Source of the DNA: an uncultured Rickettsiales bacterium
GTDB taxonomy: Bacteria; Pseudomonadota; Alphaproteobacteria; Rickettsiales; SXRF01
Assembly (NCBI GenBank): GCA_964405685.1
Contig: CAYOOP010000001.1
Span: forward strand, 206,922-270,921
Direction: 5' to 3'
Length of the DNA stretch: 64,000 nt
In this document: positions 38,618-47,729 of the stretch, piece after piece
Layout: each line of letters begins with the position of its first letter
Numbering within the stretch: position 1 is the stretch's first letter
Program-made: the position numbers and the translations under genes
Notes under the pieces: model-generated
Told to the model about the DNA's origin: nothing
Database searches by the model: none
The model's input: only the letters and a program-made list of their open reading frames with translations

Positions 38618-39718
38618 AGCACATTCAAGCAACAAACGAAACGTGGTACCTGATGGAGTGTCCAGTAACTCCATGCGCCCGCCCAAATCATATGCCAACT
38701 TACTACAAATGGCTAAACCAAGACCGCGACCAGCTTCATGCGTGGTCACAAACGGCTGGAACAGCTTCGGTTTTAGATGAGCCGGAATGCCGGGGCCATT
38801 GTCCGCTACATCAACAGCAATAGCAAGCACGGGCCTTCCCTGCAGTGTCTCACCGTGTGCTACATGTGTTGCAATCGTAAGCAACGGCGCGTCCACTTGT
38901 GCCATCGCCTCGCAAGCGTTTTTCATGAGGTTGAGTAAAATATGCACGACACTATCGCGGTGCGTCAGCACCGGCGGCAGCGACGGATCGTAGCGCTCCG
39001 AAAATGTCACATGCCGCGCAAACCCATGCTCCGCAACCTGCTTGGCATGGCGAATTGCTTCGTGAATATTGACTTCTTCGCGCGGCAATTCGCTGTGATC
39101 TGCAAACATTTCTACACGGTCGAGCACACCGCAAATGCGGTCCACCTCTTTGCAAATGAGTTCGGAGAGTGGTTTGTTTTCCTCTGTCGCATCCTCTCCC
39201 AAAAGTTGCGCGGCGCCGCGAATGCCGGAGAGCGGATTGTTGACCTCATGCGCGAGCATTGCCGCCATCACGCCTGCGGAGCGATTAATTTCATGCCGCA
39301 TGTCTTCTTCCTGCCACTGATTTGCACGATCTTCTCCATCTAAGAGGACGAGCACAAACTGCTCGCCAAGCGGCGTGATACGCGCATTCATCGTGACATG
39401 TTTTGGAATCGGCGCGGCCAGTGTTTTGAGTGACACCCCAGCTGCATAGGACGCCTCGCGCAACTCCTGCGCGCGACGAATAAACGGGTAAATCTCCGGC
39501 GCGTCGACCACTGCTTGCCACGCGCGGCCCGTTAGTTTCGCGCGCCCGAGCAGGAGCAATTCCTCCGCCGCCAAATTGACGCTTGCGATCTCGCCACTTT
39601 CTCTAAGCACCACCGCCGCGAATGGCAAGAGTTCAAAAAGCTCGGCAAAATCAGGAGATGCAGCTTCCTGCGAAGCTGTGGTTAAAAGTGGTTTTACGCC
39701 GCCATAGTTTGCGGACAT
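38600..39718 (-). CDS. ntrB: NtrB-like sensor histidine kinase (PAS-HisKA-HATPase)
   Basis: The H-box reads LAHEVNNPLSGIRGAAQLL. N, G1 and G2 boxes are present (LLNLMKNACEA, DNGPGIP, GRGLGLAI). Its position after dusB is typical of alphaproteobacteria. Confidence 0.8.
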   Translation of the reverse strand: MSANYGGVKPLLTTASQEAASPDFAELFELLPFAAVVLRESGEIASVNLAAEELLLLGRAKLTGRAWQAVVDAPEIYPFIRRAQELREASYAAGVSLKTLAAPIPKHVTMNARITPLGEQFVLVLLDGEDRANQWQEEDMRHEINRSAGVMAAMLAHEVNNPLSGIRGAAQLLGEDATEENKPLSELICKEVDRICGVLDRVEMFADHSELPREEVNIHEAIRHAKQVAEHGFARHVTFSERYDPSLPPVLTHRDSVVHILLNLMKNACEAMAQVDAPLLTIATHVAHGETLQGRPVLAIAVDVADNGPGIPAHLKPKLFQPFVTTHEAGRGLGLAICSKLAYDLGGRMELLDTPSGTTFRLLLECALGVSK

Positions 39719-39779
39719 ACAACTTCCTCTTTCATTAATACACGGTCAATCAATGCAACAAACTTAGCGAAATCTGAGG

Positions 39780-40235
39780 TCATCCACCACTCACAATGCC
39801 TAAAGATACAATAGCAAGCCCAAAAACACCAACTATGGCATATATCAGCCGCTTGTAAAACACTCTTGCTTCCTGAGCGAGATAGTGTCGAATTTTATAG
39901 GGCGGGGATTTTTTATAATGTCTGAAAAAGAAATAAGTATAAGAGAGTGCGCCCACAAAAATACTAACTATAAACACCGCTGGTATCACATGTGTTGCGA
40001 ACATATCCGGATCAGAGGATGGATCGGTGACCATCATATCCAGCAATTCCAGCAATCCCACCATCAAGAAAATGGGTGTCGCCACGGGCAATGCAAAAAT
40101 AAAACAAATCCAAAATATCTGAGGGCCCTGAAGATGCAGCTGTAGCACTAGTAAAGCCAGGCAGATAGCAACCGATAATACAAAACCATGCACGCGCAGC
40201 AAGAAATACCAGAATTGCTTTGTGGTTTCGTTCAC
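39780..40235 (-). CDS. Hypothetical membrane protein (151 aa, ~4 TM)
   Basis: There is ATGA overlap with the dusB stop at 40232-40235. Hydrophobic helices are present throughout. The gene is AT-rich. Confidence 0.55.
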   Translation of the reverse strand: MNETTKQFWYFLLRVHGFVLSVAICLALLVLQLHLQGPQIFWICFIFALPVATPIFLMVGLLELLDMMVTDPSSDPDMFATHVIPAVFIVSIFVGALSYTYFFFRHYKKSPPYKIRHYLAQEARVFYKRLIYAIVGVFGLAIVSLGIVSGG

Positions 40236-41242
40236 GCTGCCTCACGCATAAGCGGTGTATCTTTCTCTTGGTAAAACCGCGCGATTTCTTCTTTCACTTG
40301 CGCAGGCTCAACGATTTGATTGATGCGCGCGCGATATTCCGCAGATGCGGTAAGTCCCGTCGAATACCAACCCAAATGCTTGCGCGCGAAAAACACACCT
40401 TGCGCCACACCATAGTGGGTCAGCATTGCATCGTAATGTTCCAAAATCGTCTGGCGTTGCGCACCCATGCTCGGTGCCGCGCGTTTCTCACCTGTTTTCA
40501 AATAATGCACCACTTGCGAAGGGAACCACGGGCGGCCATAGGTTCCGCGGCCAATCATCACGCCATCCGCACCCGAAAGCTTGATTGCATTATCCACCGC
40601 TTCAAAACTGGTGATGTCACCGTTTACCACCACCGGCAATTTCACTGCGTCTTTGACGCTACGAATAAAGCCCCAGTCTGCCGAGCCTTTATACATTTGC
40701 GCACGCGTGCGGCCATGCACGGTGATCATTTTAATCCCGCACTCCTGCGCGATATGCGCAAGCTTCGGTGCGTTCAAATTATTCGCATCCCAGCCCATCC
40801 GCATTTTTAGCGTCACCGGAATTTTCACCGCCTTCGCAGTTGCTTCCAAAATCTTTGCCGCCAAGACTTCATCGCGCATCAGTGCCGAACCGGCGTATTG
40901 ATTGAGCGCCACCTTCTTCACCGGACAGCCGAAGTTGATGTCGATCAAGCTTGCACCACGCGCTTCATTCATCCGCGCGGCCTCGGCCATCACTTCGGGT
41001 TCGCAGCCTGCCAGCTGCACCGCAAACGGATATTCCTGCGGCTCAAACTTCGCCATGCGCTTGGTGGATTCCACACCGAGCACCGTCGCTTTTGAGGCAA
41101 TCATTTCCGACACCACCATACCGACACCAAAACGTTTGACGAGCGAACGAAACGGCTGATCCGACACGCCTGTCATGGGCGCTAAAATCACCGGGCTTTC
41201 GAGTGTAATGTTGTCAATTTGAATGGTCATATTGCACCGCAA
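40232..41242 (-). CDS. dusB: tRNA-dihydrouridine synthase B
   Basis: [18 protein letters not shown]...[12 protein letters not shown]...VTVHGRTR. Confidence 0.92.
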   Translation of the reverse strand: MRCNMTIQIDNITLESPVILAPMTGVSDQPFRSLVKRFGVGMVVSEMIASKATVLGVESTKRMAKFEPQEYPFAVQLAGCEPEVMAEAARMNEARGASLIDINFGCPVKKVALNQYAGSALMRDEVLAAKILEATAKAVKIPVTLKMRMGWDANNLNAPKLAHIAQECGIKMITVHGRTRAQMYKGSADWGFIRSVKDAVKLPVVVNGDITSFEAVDNAIKLSGADGVMIGRGTYGRPWFPSQVVHYLKTGEKRAAPSMGAQRQTILEHYDAMLTHYGVAQGVFFARKHLGWYSTGLTASAEYRARINQIVEPAQVKEEIARFYQEKDTPLMREAA

Positions 41243-41279
41243 TATGCCTGGAAACTTAAGGTTTTGTCAATTCATAGAA

Positions 41280-41344
41280 CCCTCACCCATGTCGGCGATG
41301 CCGCCATTTCCCTCTCCCTGACAGGGAGAGGGGTAGGGTGAGGG
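41280..41344. repeat. G/C-hairpin palindromic element (family C, intergenic copy)
   Basis: The outer stem pairs ccctcaccc (41280-41288) with gggtgaggg (41336-41344). The inner hairpin ccctctccc-tgaca-gggagaggg spans 41310-41332. The element abuts the hemC stop. Confidence 0.8.
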
Positions 41345-42196
41345 TCACTTTTGCAATTGTTTTGCTAACGCTTCCCCCAACGCTTCCGGTTCGTTTACTG
41401 AACCATTAACCACCTGTTTTTGCATATTCTTCCCGTCCATGTCGGCGACCAGGCCACGCAGGGTGATTTCATTCCCTTCCAGCGTCGCGTAACCTGCAAT
41501 CGGCGTGCGGCAGGAGCCATCGAGTGCTTTTAGCAGTGCCCGCTCCGCGCGGGTTGCAATCATGGTTTTTTCGCAATTGATGTTTTGAAGCAGCTCTTTG
41601 GTTTTTTCATCCACAGAGCGACAGATGATGGCGATTGCACCCTGCCCGACTGCCGGAAGCATTTCATCTATATTAAGTATTTGATATTTATCCACAGCGA
41701 TTCCGAGGCGTTTCAATCCCGCCAATGCCAGCACCGTCGCATCAAATTCGCCGCGTTCTACTTTCTCAATTCGCGTGCCCACATTGCCGCGAATCGGTGC
41801 AACTTCCACATCAGATCGCATCGCCATCACCTGCACGCTGCGGCGCATGGAGGACGTTCCTATTTTTGCACCCTTCGGCAATTGATCCAGTGGTGTTCCC
41901 ACCCAGACATCCCGCACGTCCTCGCGCGGCAGCACCGCGCCGATCATCAAACCATCGGGCAACACCGTTGGCATATCCTTCATCGAATGCACCGCCACAT
42001 CAATTTCACCACGCAAAATCGCCTCGTCCAACTCTTTGGTGAACAAGCCTTTCCCGCCCAGTTCGGTAAGCGGTGTCGCCAGCCATTCGTCCCCGCGCGT
42101 GGAAAACGGCACCACCTCGCACACGCCAAGCGCTGCACGCACGAGTTCTGTCTGAGCGAGAGCGAGGGGGCTTTTTCGAGTGCCGATGCGGAGCAT
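41345..42196 (-). CDS. hemC: Hydroxymethylbilane synthase (porphobilinogen deaminase)
   Basis: MLRIGTRKSPLALAQTELV...GGKGLFTKELD...RGNVGTR. Confidence 0.92.
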   Translation of the reverse strand: MLRIGTRKSPLALAQTELVRAALGVCEVVPFSTRGDEWLATPLTELGGKGLFTKELDEAILRGEIDVAVHSMKDMPTVLPDGLMIGAVLPREDVRDVWVGTPLDQLPKGAKIGTSSMRRSVQVMAMRSDVEVAPIRGNVGTRIEKVERGEFDATVLALAGLKRLGIAVDKYQILNIDEMLPAVGQGAIAIICRSVDEKTKELLQNINCEKTMIATRAERALLKALDGSCRTPIAGYATLEGNEITLRGLVADMDGKNMQKQVVNGSVNEPEALGEALAKQLQK

Positions 42197-42312
42197 GTCG
42201 TTAGTTGTTAGTCCTTAGTCGTTAGTGAAAACGCTAGAATAAACACAAATATGCTATATGGCTACAGCAACTAACGACTAACGACTAACGACTAACGACT
42301 AACGACTAATGA
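42197..42312. repeat. Inverted arrays of the heptamer CTAACGA flanking the hemC/tsaD divergent promoter core
   Basis: On the right, CTAACGA occurs five times perfectly (42271-42305), followed by CTAATGA, which contains the tsaD ATG. On the left, tcgttag, ttgttag, tccttag and tcgttag (42198-42225) abut the hemC ATG. The 45-bp AT-rich spacer contains tagaat and tatat. Confidence 0.9.
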
Positions 42313-43307
42313 CTCTTATTCTAGGCATTGAATCCAGCTGCGACGAAACCGCCGCGAGCGTCGTGCGCTCCGACAAAACCATTTTGTCGAATGTGATTCG
42401 TTCGCAGCGCGACCATGATATTTACGGCGGCGTTGTCCCCGAAATCGCCTCACGGGCGCATATTATGCATATGACAGAGATTGTTGAAGCGGCACTTGCG
42501 GAAGCCAAATGTACGCTTGCGGATTTAGACGCCATCGCTGTGACCGCCGGCCCGGGGTTGATTGGCGGGGTGATTGTTGGGGTGATGACAGCAAAAGCTT
42601 TAGCATCCGCTGCAAATAAACCACTCATTGCCGTGAACCATTTGGAAGGCCACGCGCTTTCCGTACGGCTGACTGAAGACGCCCCATTTCCCTATCTGCT
42701 CCTGCTCGTTTCCGGCGGGCATTGCCAGCTGCTCATTGTGCATGGTGTGGGAAAATATGAATTGCTTGGCGAAACGCTCGATGACGCACTCGGTGAAGCC
42801 TTTGATAAAACCGCAAAGATGTTAGGCCTTGGCTTCCCAGGTGGACCGGCGGTTGAGAAAATGGCGAAACTTGGCAATGCCGATGCAGTGAAGCTCCCGA
42901 TTCCCCTCCACAAAAAAGGCGGGTGTGATTTTTCGTTTTCGGGGCTGAAAACCGCCGTGCGTATGGCCTCCAAAGAAGCAGCCCCCGAAGACATCTGCGC
43001 GAGTTTTCAACAAGCCGCGACCGCAAGCGTGATGGAGCGTTTACACGCGGCGTTTGCTGAATGCGAAAAACGACATGTGAAACCGAGCTGCTTGGTGGTA
43101 GCTGGTGGCGTGGCCGCGAATATCTATATTAAACAAGCACTTGAAGACGTCGCGCACACCCACCATTTAAAACTCCTCGCCCCGCCGCTAAAGCTTTGCA
43201 CCGACAACGCCGCCATGATCGCCTGGGCAGGCATCGAGCGTTTTGTGCTTGGGTTTAGGGATACGCTTGATATTGAACCCCGCGCGCGTTGGCCGCTGGT
43301 AGCCTAA
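42309..43307 (+). CDS. tsaD: tRNA N6-adenosine threonylcarbamoyltransferase
   Basis: [16 protein letters not shown]...[12 protein letters not shown]...VSGGHCQLL. Confidence 0.95.
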   Translation: MTLILGIESSCDETAASVVRSDKTILSNVIRSQRDHDIYGGVVPEIASRAHIMHMTEIVEAALAEAKCTLADLDAIAVTAGPGLIGGVIVGVMTAKALASAANKPLIAVNHLEGHALSVRLTEDAPFPYLLLLVSGGHCQLLIVHGVGKYELLGETLDDALGEAFDKTAKMLGLGFPGGPAVEKMAKLGNADAVKLPIPLHKKGGCDFSFSGLKTAVRMASKEAAPEDICASFQQAATASVMERLHAAFAECEKRHVKPSCLVVAGGVAANIYIKQALEDVAHTHHLKLLAPPLKLCTDNAAMIAWAGIERFVLGFRDTLDIEPRARWPLVA

Positions 43308-44461
43308 ACCGCCGCTAACCCACGTTCAATGTCCGCAATAATATCGCGCGTATCTTCAATGCCGGGCGACAAACGAATCAGCCCTTCGCCGATACCGAGT
43401 TTGGCGCGTTCTTCTTTGGCGATGCTCGCGTGGGTGGTGGAAGCACAATGGGTAATCAGGCTTTTGGCATCGCCCAGATTATTGGAGATGCGGATCATTT
43501 TCAGCGCGTTCATGAATTTGAATGCCGCTTCTTTGCCGCCGTTTAATTCAAACGCCAACATCGGCCCACCGTTTTTCATTTGTTTTTGGGCGATGGAAAA
43601 TTGCGGGTGGCTTTTTAAACCCGGATACATCACACGCGAGACTTTGGATTGTTTTTCTAAATATTCAGCGACAGCTCTCGCATTTTCAACGTGGCGCGTG
43701 ATGCGCAGACTATACGTCTCAAGTCCTTTAAAAATCACCCAAGCGTTAAACGGGCTCATGTGCGGGCCGGTGTGGCGGCAAAACGGCAGCACGGTGTTTT
43801 CGATTAAATCCTTCGTGCCCAAAATCGCCCCGCCGATCGTGCGGCCCTGGCCTTCCATGTGTTTGGTGGTGGAGTAGATGACGATGTCAGCCCCCAGTTC
43901 GAGTGGTTTTTGGATCAGCGGACCGGCAAAAATATTATCAACAAGCAGCTTGATACCCTTGGGTTTCGTGACCTTCGCAAGTGCTGCAATATCAATAATT
44001 TCCAGCGTCGGGTTGGCGGGAGTTTCAATAAAAATTGCCGTGGTATTGGGCTTGATGGCGGAAGTGATATCAGCGCCATCTGCCAGCGTATAGCTAATGC
44101 CGAATTTGGGGAGGATTTGGGTGATGATGTAATTACACGAGGAAAACAGCACCTTACCGGCCACCACATGGTCCCCGCTTTTCACCACGCTCATGATCGC
44201 GGCAAAAACGGCCGCCATGCCGCTGGCCACCACCAAACAGCGCTCCGCACCTTCGAGCGCGCTAAGCCGTTGCTCGAGCATATCAAGGCTGGGGTTCGAA
44301 TAGCGAGAATATAAATAGCCAGGGATTTCCTTGGCAAAGCGCTTTTCGGCAATTTCAGCGGATGCAAACGTATAGGCCGAGTTCAGGAACACGGCTTCGC
44401 TGGTTTCGCCGAAGGCGGTCATCAAATTGCCAGCGTGGATCAGGAGTGAATCAGGGTGCAT
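43304..44461 (-). CDS. metZ: O-succinylhomoserine sulfhydrylase
   Basis: [16 protein letters not shown]...[23 protein letters not shown]...[11 protein letters not shown] (PLP lysine region). The start is ATG 44461 (MHPDSLL). The track ORF's 47 extra codons overlap vapC. Confidence 0.88.
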   Translation of the reverse strand: MHPDSLLIHAGNLMTAFGETSEAVFLNSAYTFASAEIAEKRFAKEIPGYLYSRYSNPSLDMLEQRLSALEGAERCLVVASGMAAVFAAIMSVVKSGDHVVAGKVLFSSCNYIITQILPKFGISYTLADGADITSAIKPNTTAIFIETPANPTLEIIDIAALAKVTKPKGIKLLVDNIFAGPLIQKPLELGADIVIYSTTKHMEGQGRTIGGAILGTKDLIENTVLPFCRHTGPHMSPFNAWVIFKGLETYSLRITRHVENARAVAEYLEKQSKVSRVMYPGLKSHPQFSIAQKQMKNGGPMLAFELNGGKEAAFKFMNALKMIRISNNLGDAKSLITHCASTTHASIAKEERAKLGIGEGLIRLSPGIEDTRDIIADIERGLAAV

Positions 44462-44499
44462 GGATGGTATATACAAAGAAAAACCTTTCCATGCAAGGG

Positions 44500-44910
44500 T
44501 TAGCGGATCATGTGCACGGTCACACCTTTGATTTTTAAGGCCTTCCAGACCCTGTCCGCTGTAAGCACTGGAAGCCCGCGCACGCTTGCTGCGGCCAAAC
44601 AAATACGGTCGCCTAGCGAAAGCCCGTATTTCTTGGTAGTTTGGTCAACATACGCTGCGCGGGACGCAACTTCCGCATCCACATCCATCACTGAAATGCG
44701 CATATTATAAATAAGCTCTGCCTCTTCAAAGGCATAGCCCTCGCGTACCATTTTTGTCAGTGTTTCGGCAATATTGACACTCGTCATCACCACGCCTTTT
44801 TTAAGCGCCTGCTCCACTTTCTCGGCGCCTTCCTCCTCAAAAATAAGAGCGAGCAGGGCTGAGGCGTCGAGCACATAGGGTAATCGGCTAGTCACGCTTT
44901 GCCTCGGCAC
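44500..44910 (-). CDS. vapC: VapC family PIN-domain toxin
   Basis: The PIN acidic residues sit in the pattern YVLDASALLAL...NIAETLTKM...LSLGDRICLAAA...VLTADRVW. Confidence 0.85.
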   Translation of the reverse strand: MPRQSVTSRLPYVLDASALLALIFEEEGAEKVEQALKKGVVMTSVNIAETLTKMVREGYAFEEAELIYNMRISVMDVDAEVASRAAYVDQTTKKYGLSLGDRICLAAASVRGLPVLTADRVWKALKIKGVTVHMIR

Positions 44911-45133
44911 GACGCTGCGCGAGAAAAGAATCCACCACTTTTTTCTTCTTTAATCGGCGCTTAGCGATGTTTTGCAGCGTGGCAAGCGCCAGGTCAGCGG
45001 TCGCAATATGAATGCCCGCATCATCGCAACGGAGTACGACTTCGTCCCCCTCGGCAATGCCATAGCGCTCGCGGAAAAACGCGGGTATAACTACGCGCCC
45101 TCCTTGTCCAATCGTTGTATGGATGGCTTCCAT
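44888..45133 (-). CDS. vapB: AbrB/MazE/SpoVT family antitoxin (VapB)
   Basis: MEAIHTTIGQGGRVVIPAFFRERYGIAEGDEVVL is a looped-hinge-helix fold pattern. The gene is upstream of and overlapping vapC. The track ORF starts at 45178. Confidence 0.8.
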   Translation of the reverse strand: MEAIHTTIGQGGRVVIPAFFRERYGIAEGDEVVLRCDDAGIHIATADLALATLQNIAKRRLKKKKVVDSFLAQRRAEAKRD

Positions 45134-45203
45134 GGCATTAATCCCTTGTAAGTGGCATGAATTGCTATAATATGGCATTATACAACAAATATGTCAAATC
45201 TTT
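45134..45203. promoter_or_regulatory. Divergent vapBC/queE control region with phased TGGCAT repeats
   Basis: TGGCAT begins at 45133, 45153 and 45173, an exact 20-bp phasing. On the minus strand there is a TTGACA and TATAAT-like boxes. Confidence 0.35.
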
Positions 45204-45959
45204 ATGCGCGGAACGAACCCAATACGGCAACCCAAGAATGACGATGGCAGCACCCTCGACGTGCAAGCCATTTTCGCAACCCTGCAAGGCGAAGGCCCCA
45301 ACGCCGGCACGCCTGCGGTGTTCGTGCGCTTAGGCGGCTGCAACCTTGCTTGCGACTTTTGCGATACGGAATTTGAGAGTTTTGCGGCTCAATCGATCGG
45401 CAAGATTGTAGACGAAGTCATAGGTTTAGCGTTCCCCCCGCGTGCGGGGGGATTCAGGGGGGAATCTTCCCCCACCCACTACGCTAACGATTTTGTAGAA
45501 ACAAAATCGAAGCTCCGTTGCCCTCCCCCGCAAGCGGGGGAGGCACATCAACTGGTGGTGATTACCGGCGGTGAACCGCTGCGGCAAAATATTGTGCCTT
45601 TGTGTGAAGCGCTGATAGCAAAAAACTTCCGCGTGCAGATTGAAACCAATGGCACGCTGTTTCGTGAATTACCAAAAGAGGTGGAGATCGTTTGCTCCCC
45701 CAAAAATACCGGGCAAGGCTATGCGCCTATACGCGCGGATTTACTGCCGCGTGTCAGCGCGTTTAAGTACTTGGTGTCAGCATCACACCCGCTTTATCGC
45801 GATGTGCCGGTGGTTTCTGCTGTGCCGATTTACGTGCAGCCGATGGATGAAATCGACGCAGCAAAGAATGCTGCCAATCGTGAATATGCCAAACGTTTGG
45901 CACTCGCAAATGGCTACCGCCTGTCACTGCAACTCCACAAAATCCTTGATATCCCATGA
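45204..45959 (+). CDS. queE: 7-carboxy-7-deazaguanine synthase with an in-frame ~40-aa repeat-derived insertion
   Basis: [35 protein letters not shown] (radical SAM cluster) and VVITGGEPL...IETNGTL. The protein is 251 aa, versus about 210 aa expected for this short QueE type. Confidence 0.9.
   Translation: MRGTNPIRQPKNDDGSTLDVQAIFATLQGEGPNAGTPAVFVRLGGCNLACDFCDTEFESFAAQSIGKIVDEVIGLAFPPRAGGFRGESSPTHYANDFVETKSKLRCPPPQAGEAHQLVVITGGEPLRQNIVPLCEALIAKNFRVQIETNGTLFRELPKEVEIVCSPKNTGQGYAPIRADLLPRVSAFKYLVSASHPLYRDVPVVSAVPIYVQPMDEIDAAKNAANREYAKRLALANGYRLSLQLHKILDIP
45431..45545. repeat. G/C-hairpin palindromic element (family C, copy inside queE)
   Basis: Four consecutive hairpins are present. They are ccccccgc-gt-gcgggggg (45434-45451), gggggaa-tc-ttccccc (45458-45473), cgattttgt-agaa-acaaaatcg (45488-45509) and cctcccccgc-aa-gcgggggagg (45522-45543). 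The cccccaccca block is shared with the other copies. Confidence 0.8.
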
Positions 45960-46627
45960 AAAAAGCAGTGATTCTACTTAGCGGCGGATTGGATTCCGCA
46001 ACCGTCGCGGCGATTGCAAAAGCGGAAGGCTATGCGCTTTACGCGCTCTCATTCGCCTATGGTCAGCGGCATAAAATTGAGCTGGAAGCAGCGGCACGCG
46101 TGGCAAACCACATGGGAGTTGTCGAACATCGCACGCTTTCGTTGGAATCGCTTGGAGCGCTGGGTGGCTCGGCACTGACTGACGCTGCACTTGCCGTTCC
46201 CAAAGACCGGGGTGACATGAGCGATATTCCAATCACCTATGTCCCTGCTCGTAACACACTGTTTCTTTCCTATGCACTCGCATGGGCGGAGGTGTTGGGT
46301 GCCAATAACATTTTTATTGGTGTCAATGCGCTCGATTACAGCGGCTATCCGGATTGCAGACCGGAATATATTGAGGCCTTCGAACGCATGGCGAATCTGG
46401 CAACGAAGGCGAGCGCGGAAGGTGCGCGGCTGCGCATTCACACACCACTCATTCGTTTAACCAAGGCAGAGATTATTCAGCAAGGTGTGAGGCTGGGTGT
46501 CGATTATGGACTAACGCTCAGCTGTTATGATCCTACACCTCAAGGCAAACCCTGTGGCCACTGTGATTCGTGTATCTTGCGTGCCAAAGGCTTTGCAGAA
46601 GCGGGCGTGAAGGATGCGGCGTTATGA
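45956..46627 (+). CDS. queC: 7-cyano-7-deazaguanine synthase
   Basis: [18 protein letters not shown] and the C-terminal Zn cysteines CGHCDSC. There is ATGA overlap with queE. Confidence 0.95.
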   Translation: MKKAVILLSGGLDSATVAAIAKAEGYALYALSFAYGQRHKIELEAAARVANHMGVVEHRTLSLESLGALGGSALTDAALAVPKDRGDMSDIPITYVPARNTLFLSYALAWAEVLGANNIFIGVNALDYSGYPDCRPEYIEAFERMANLATKASAEGARLRIHTPLIRLTKAEIIQQGVRLGVDYGLTLSCYDPTPQGKPCGHCDSCILRAKGFAEAGVKDAAL

Positions 46628-47157
46628 CCATGTGGATTTTGAAAGCAAAAGTCGCGCCGGGGCAGGACTATATAGCCATGCCTGAGACGTTGCCGCTGGA
46701 TATCAGCGCGTGCCATACCGAGGTGGAGTTGAAACAGAAACTGCGGGAAATGTTCCCCGATTCCGCACCCGAAACGATCGCGGCGCGGGCGGAAAGAACG
46801 GAGAGGTTTTTAGGACAGATGATCCTTGATGATATCGTGGTAGTGGTAGACGGCGATGAACTTAAATGCTGCGATATTGCGGGTTTGCCCTATGCGGAAG
46901 AGATAGACGGCGTGTTCGAACACCGCATTCCTGTGGCATGGTTTGAGAAAGACACACCAATGCGTCTTTTCAAGCATTTTCCAAATGTGGTGAATCAGGC
47001 GGATCGCTGGCCGACGGAAATCACCAATCTGCAAGCACGCGCGGCGATTCAAGGCAAGCTGCCGCTACCTGGCAATCGCTTCGCGAAATGGAAATGGCTG
47101 CTCGCTGCGGCATTCATCATGCAAGCGATTGCGATGCTTGCAGGAATGTTTCGTTAA
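46624..47157 (+). CDS. Hypothetical protein (177 aa) with a C-terminal TM, translationally coupled to queC
   Basis: ATG 46624 overlaps the queC TGA (ATGA). The C-terminal segment [21 protein letters not shown] is hydrophobic. No motif recognised. Confidence 0.55.
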   Translation: MTMWILKAKVAPGQDYIAMPETLPLDISACHTEVELKQKLREMFPDSAPETIAARAERTERFLGQMILDDIVVVVDGDELKCCDIAGLPYAEEIDGVFEHRIPVAWFEKDTPMRLFKHFPNVVNQADRWPTEITNLQARAAIQGKLPLPGNRFAKWKWLLAAAFIMQAIAMLAGMFR

Positions 47158-47160
47158 GTC

Positions 47161-47254
47161 GTTATCCTGTGGGACGCGCGAGCGTCAGCACAGGATCTCA
47201 TGCCTTATTCCGCGGGATTCTGCGCTCGCACTTCGTGCGCCGCAGAATGACAGG
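47161..47254. repeat. Two-hairpin palindromic element (family B)
   Basis: The first hairpin pairs atcctgtg with cacaggat (47164-47196). The second pairs attctgcg with cgcagaat (47217-47248) and has an inner gcac-ttcg-gtgc tetraloop stem. The element fills the convergent gap before the rplI stop. Confidence 0.75.
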
Positions 47255-47256
47255 CT

Positions 47257-47712
47257 TTATGCTTCTTGGTCTGCTTTGGAAACGGTCACAGTTACAGGCA
47301 CAACCACTTCAGGATGCAGCGTGACTTTTACGGTGTAGCTGCCGGTGGTTTTTACTTGTTGCGCAATCAGAATCTGGCTTTTTGCAACATTGTGGCCTTT
47401 GGCGGAGAGCGCTTCGGCGAGATCACGCACGGTGACGGAACCAAACAACTTGCCTTCTTCGCTGGCTTGGCGCACGAGAGCGATCGTTACGCCTTCGAGC
47501 TTTTTCGCTTGCGCCTCGGCAGCGGCTTTGGCTTCGGCGTTGCGCGCTTCGATGTCGGCGCGTTTGGCTTCGAAGATTTTTTTGTTATCGTCAGACGCAC
47601 GCAGCGCTTTTTTCAGCGGCAGAAGAAAATTGCGGGCGAAACCGTTTTTCACACGCACGACGTCACCGGTGTTGCCGAGGCGGCCGATGCGTTCCAATAA
47701 AATGACTTCCAT
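47257..47712 (-). CDS. rplI: 50S ribosomal protein L9
   Basis: MEVILLERIGRLGNTGDVVRVKNGFARNFLLP. The start is ATG 47712. Confidence 0.95.
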   Translation of the reverse strand: MEVILLERIGRLGNTGDVVRVKNGFARNFLLPLKKALRASDDNKKIFEAKRADIEARNAEAKAAAEAQAKKLEGVTIALVRQASEEGKLFGSVTVRDLAEALSAKGHNVAKSQILIAQQVKTTGSYTVKVTLHPEVVVPVTVTVSKADQEA

Positions 47713-47729
47713 GTCGTCTCTCCTTATAA

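Noticed and set aside
45640-45665. Additional TGGCAC occurrences as sigma54 promoters, for example inside queE at about 45650, at about 45897 and at about 58332.
   Set aside because: They lack a correctly spaced GC/TTGC -12 element and lie inside coding sequence.
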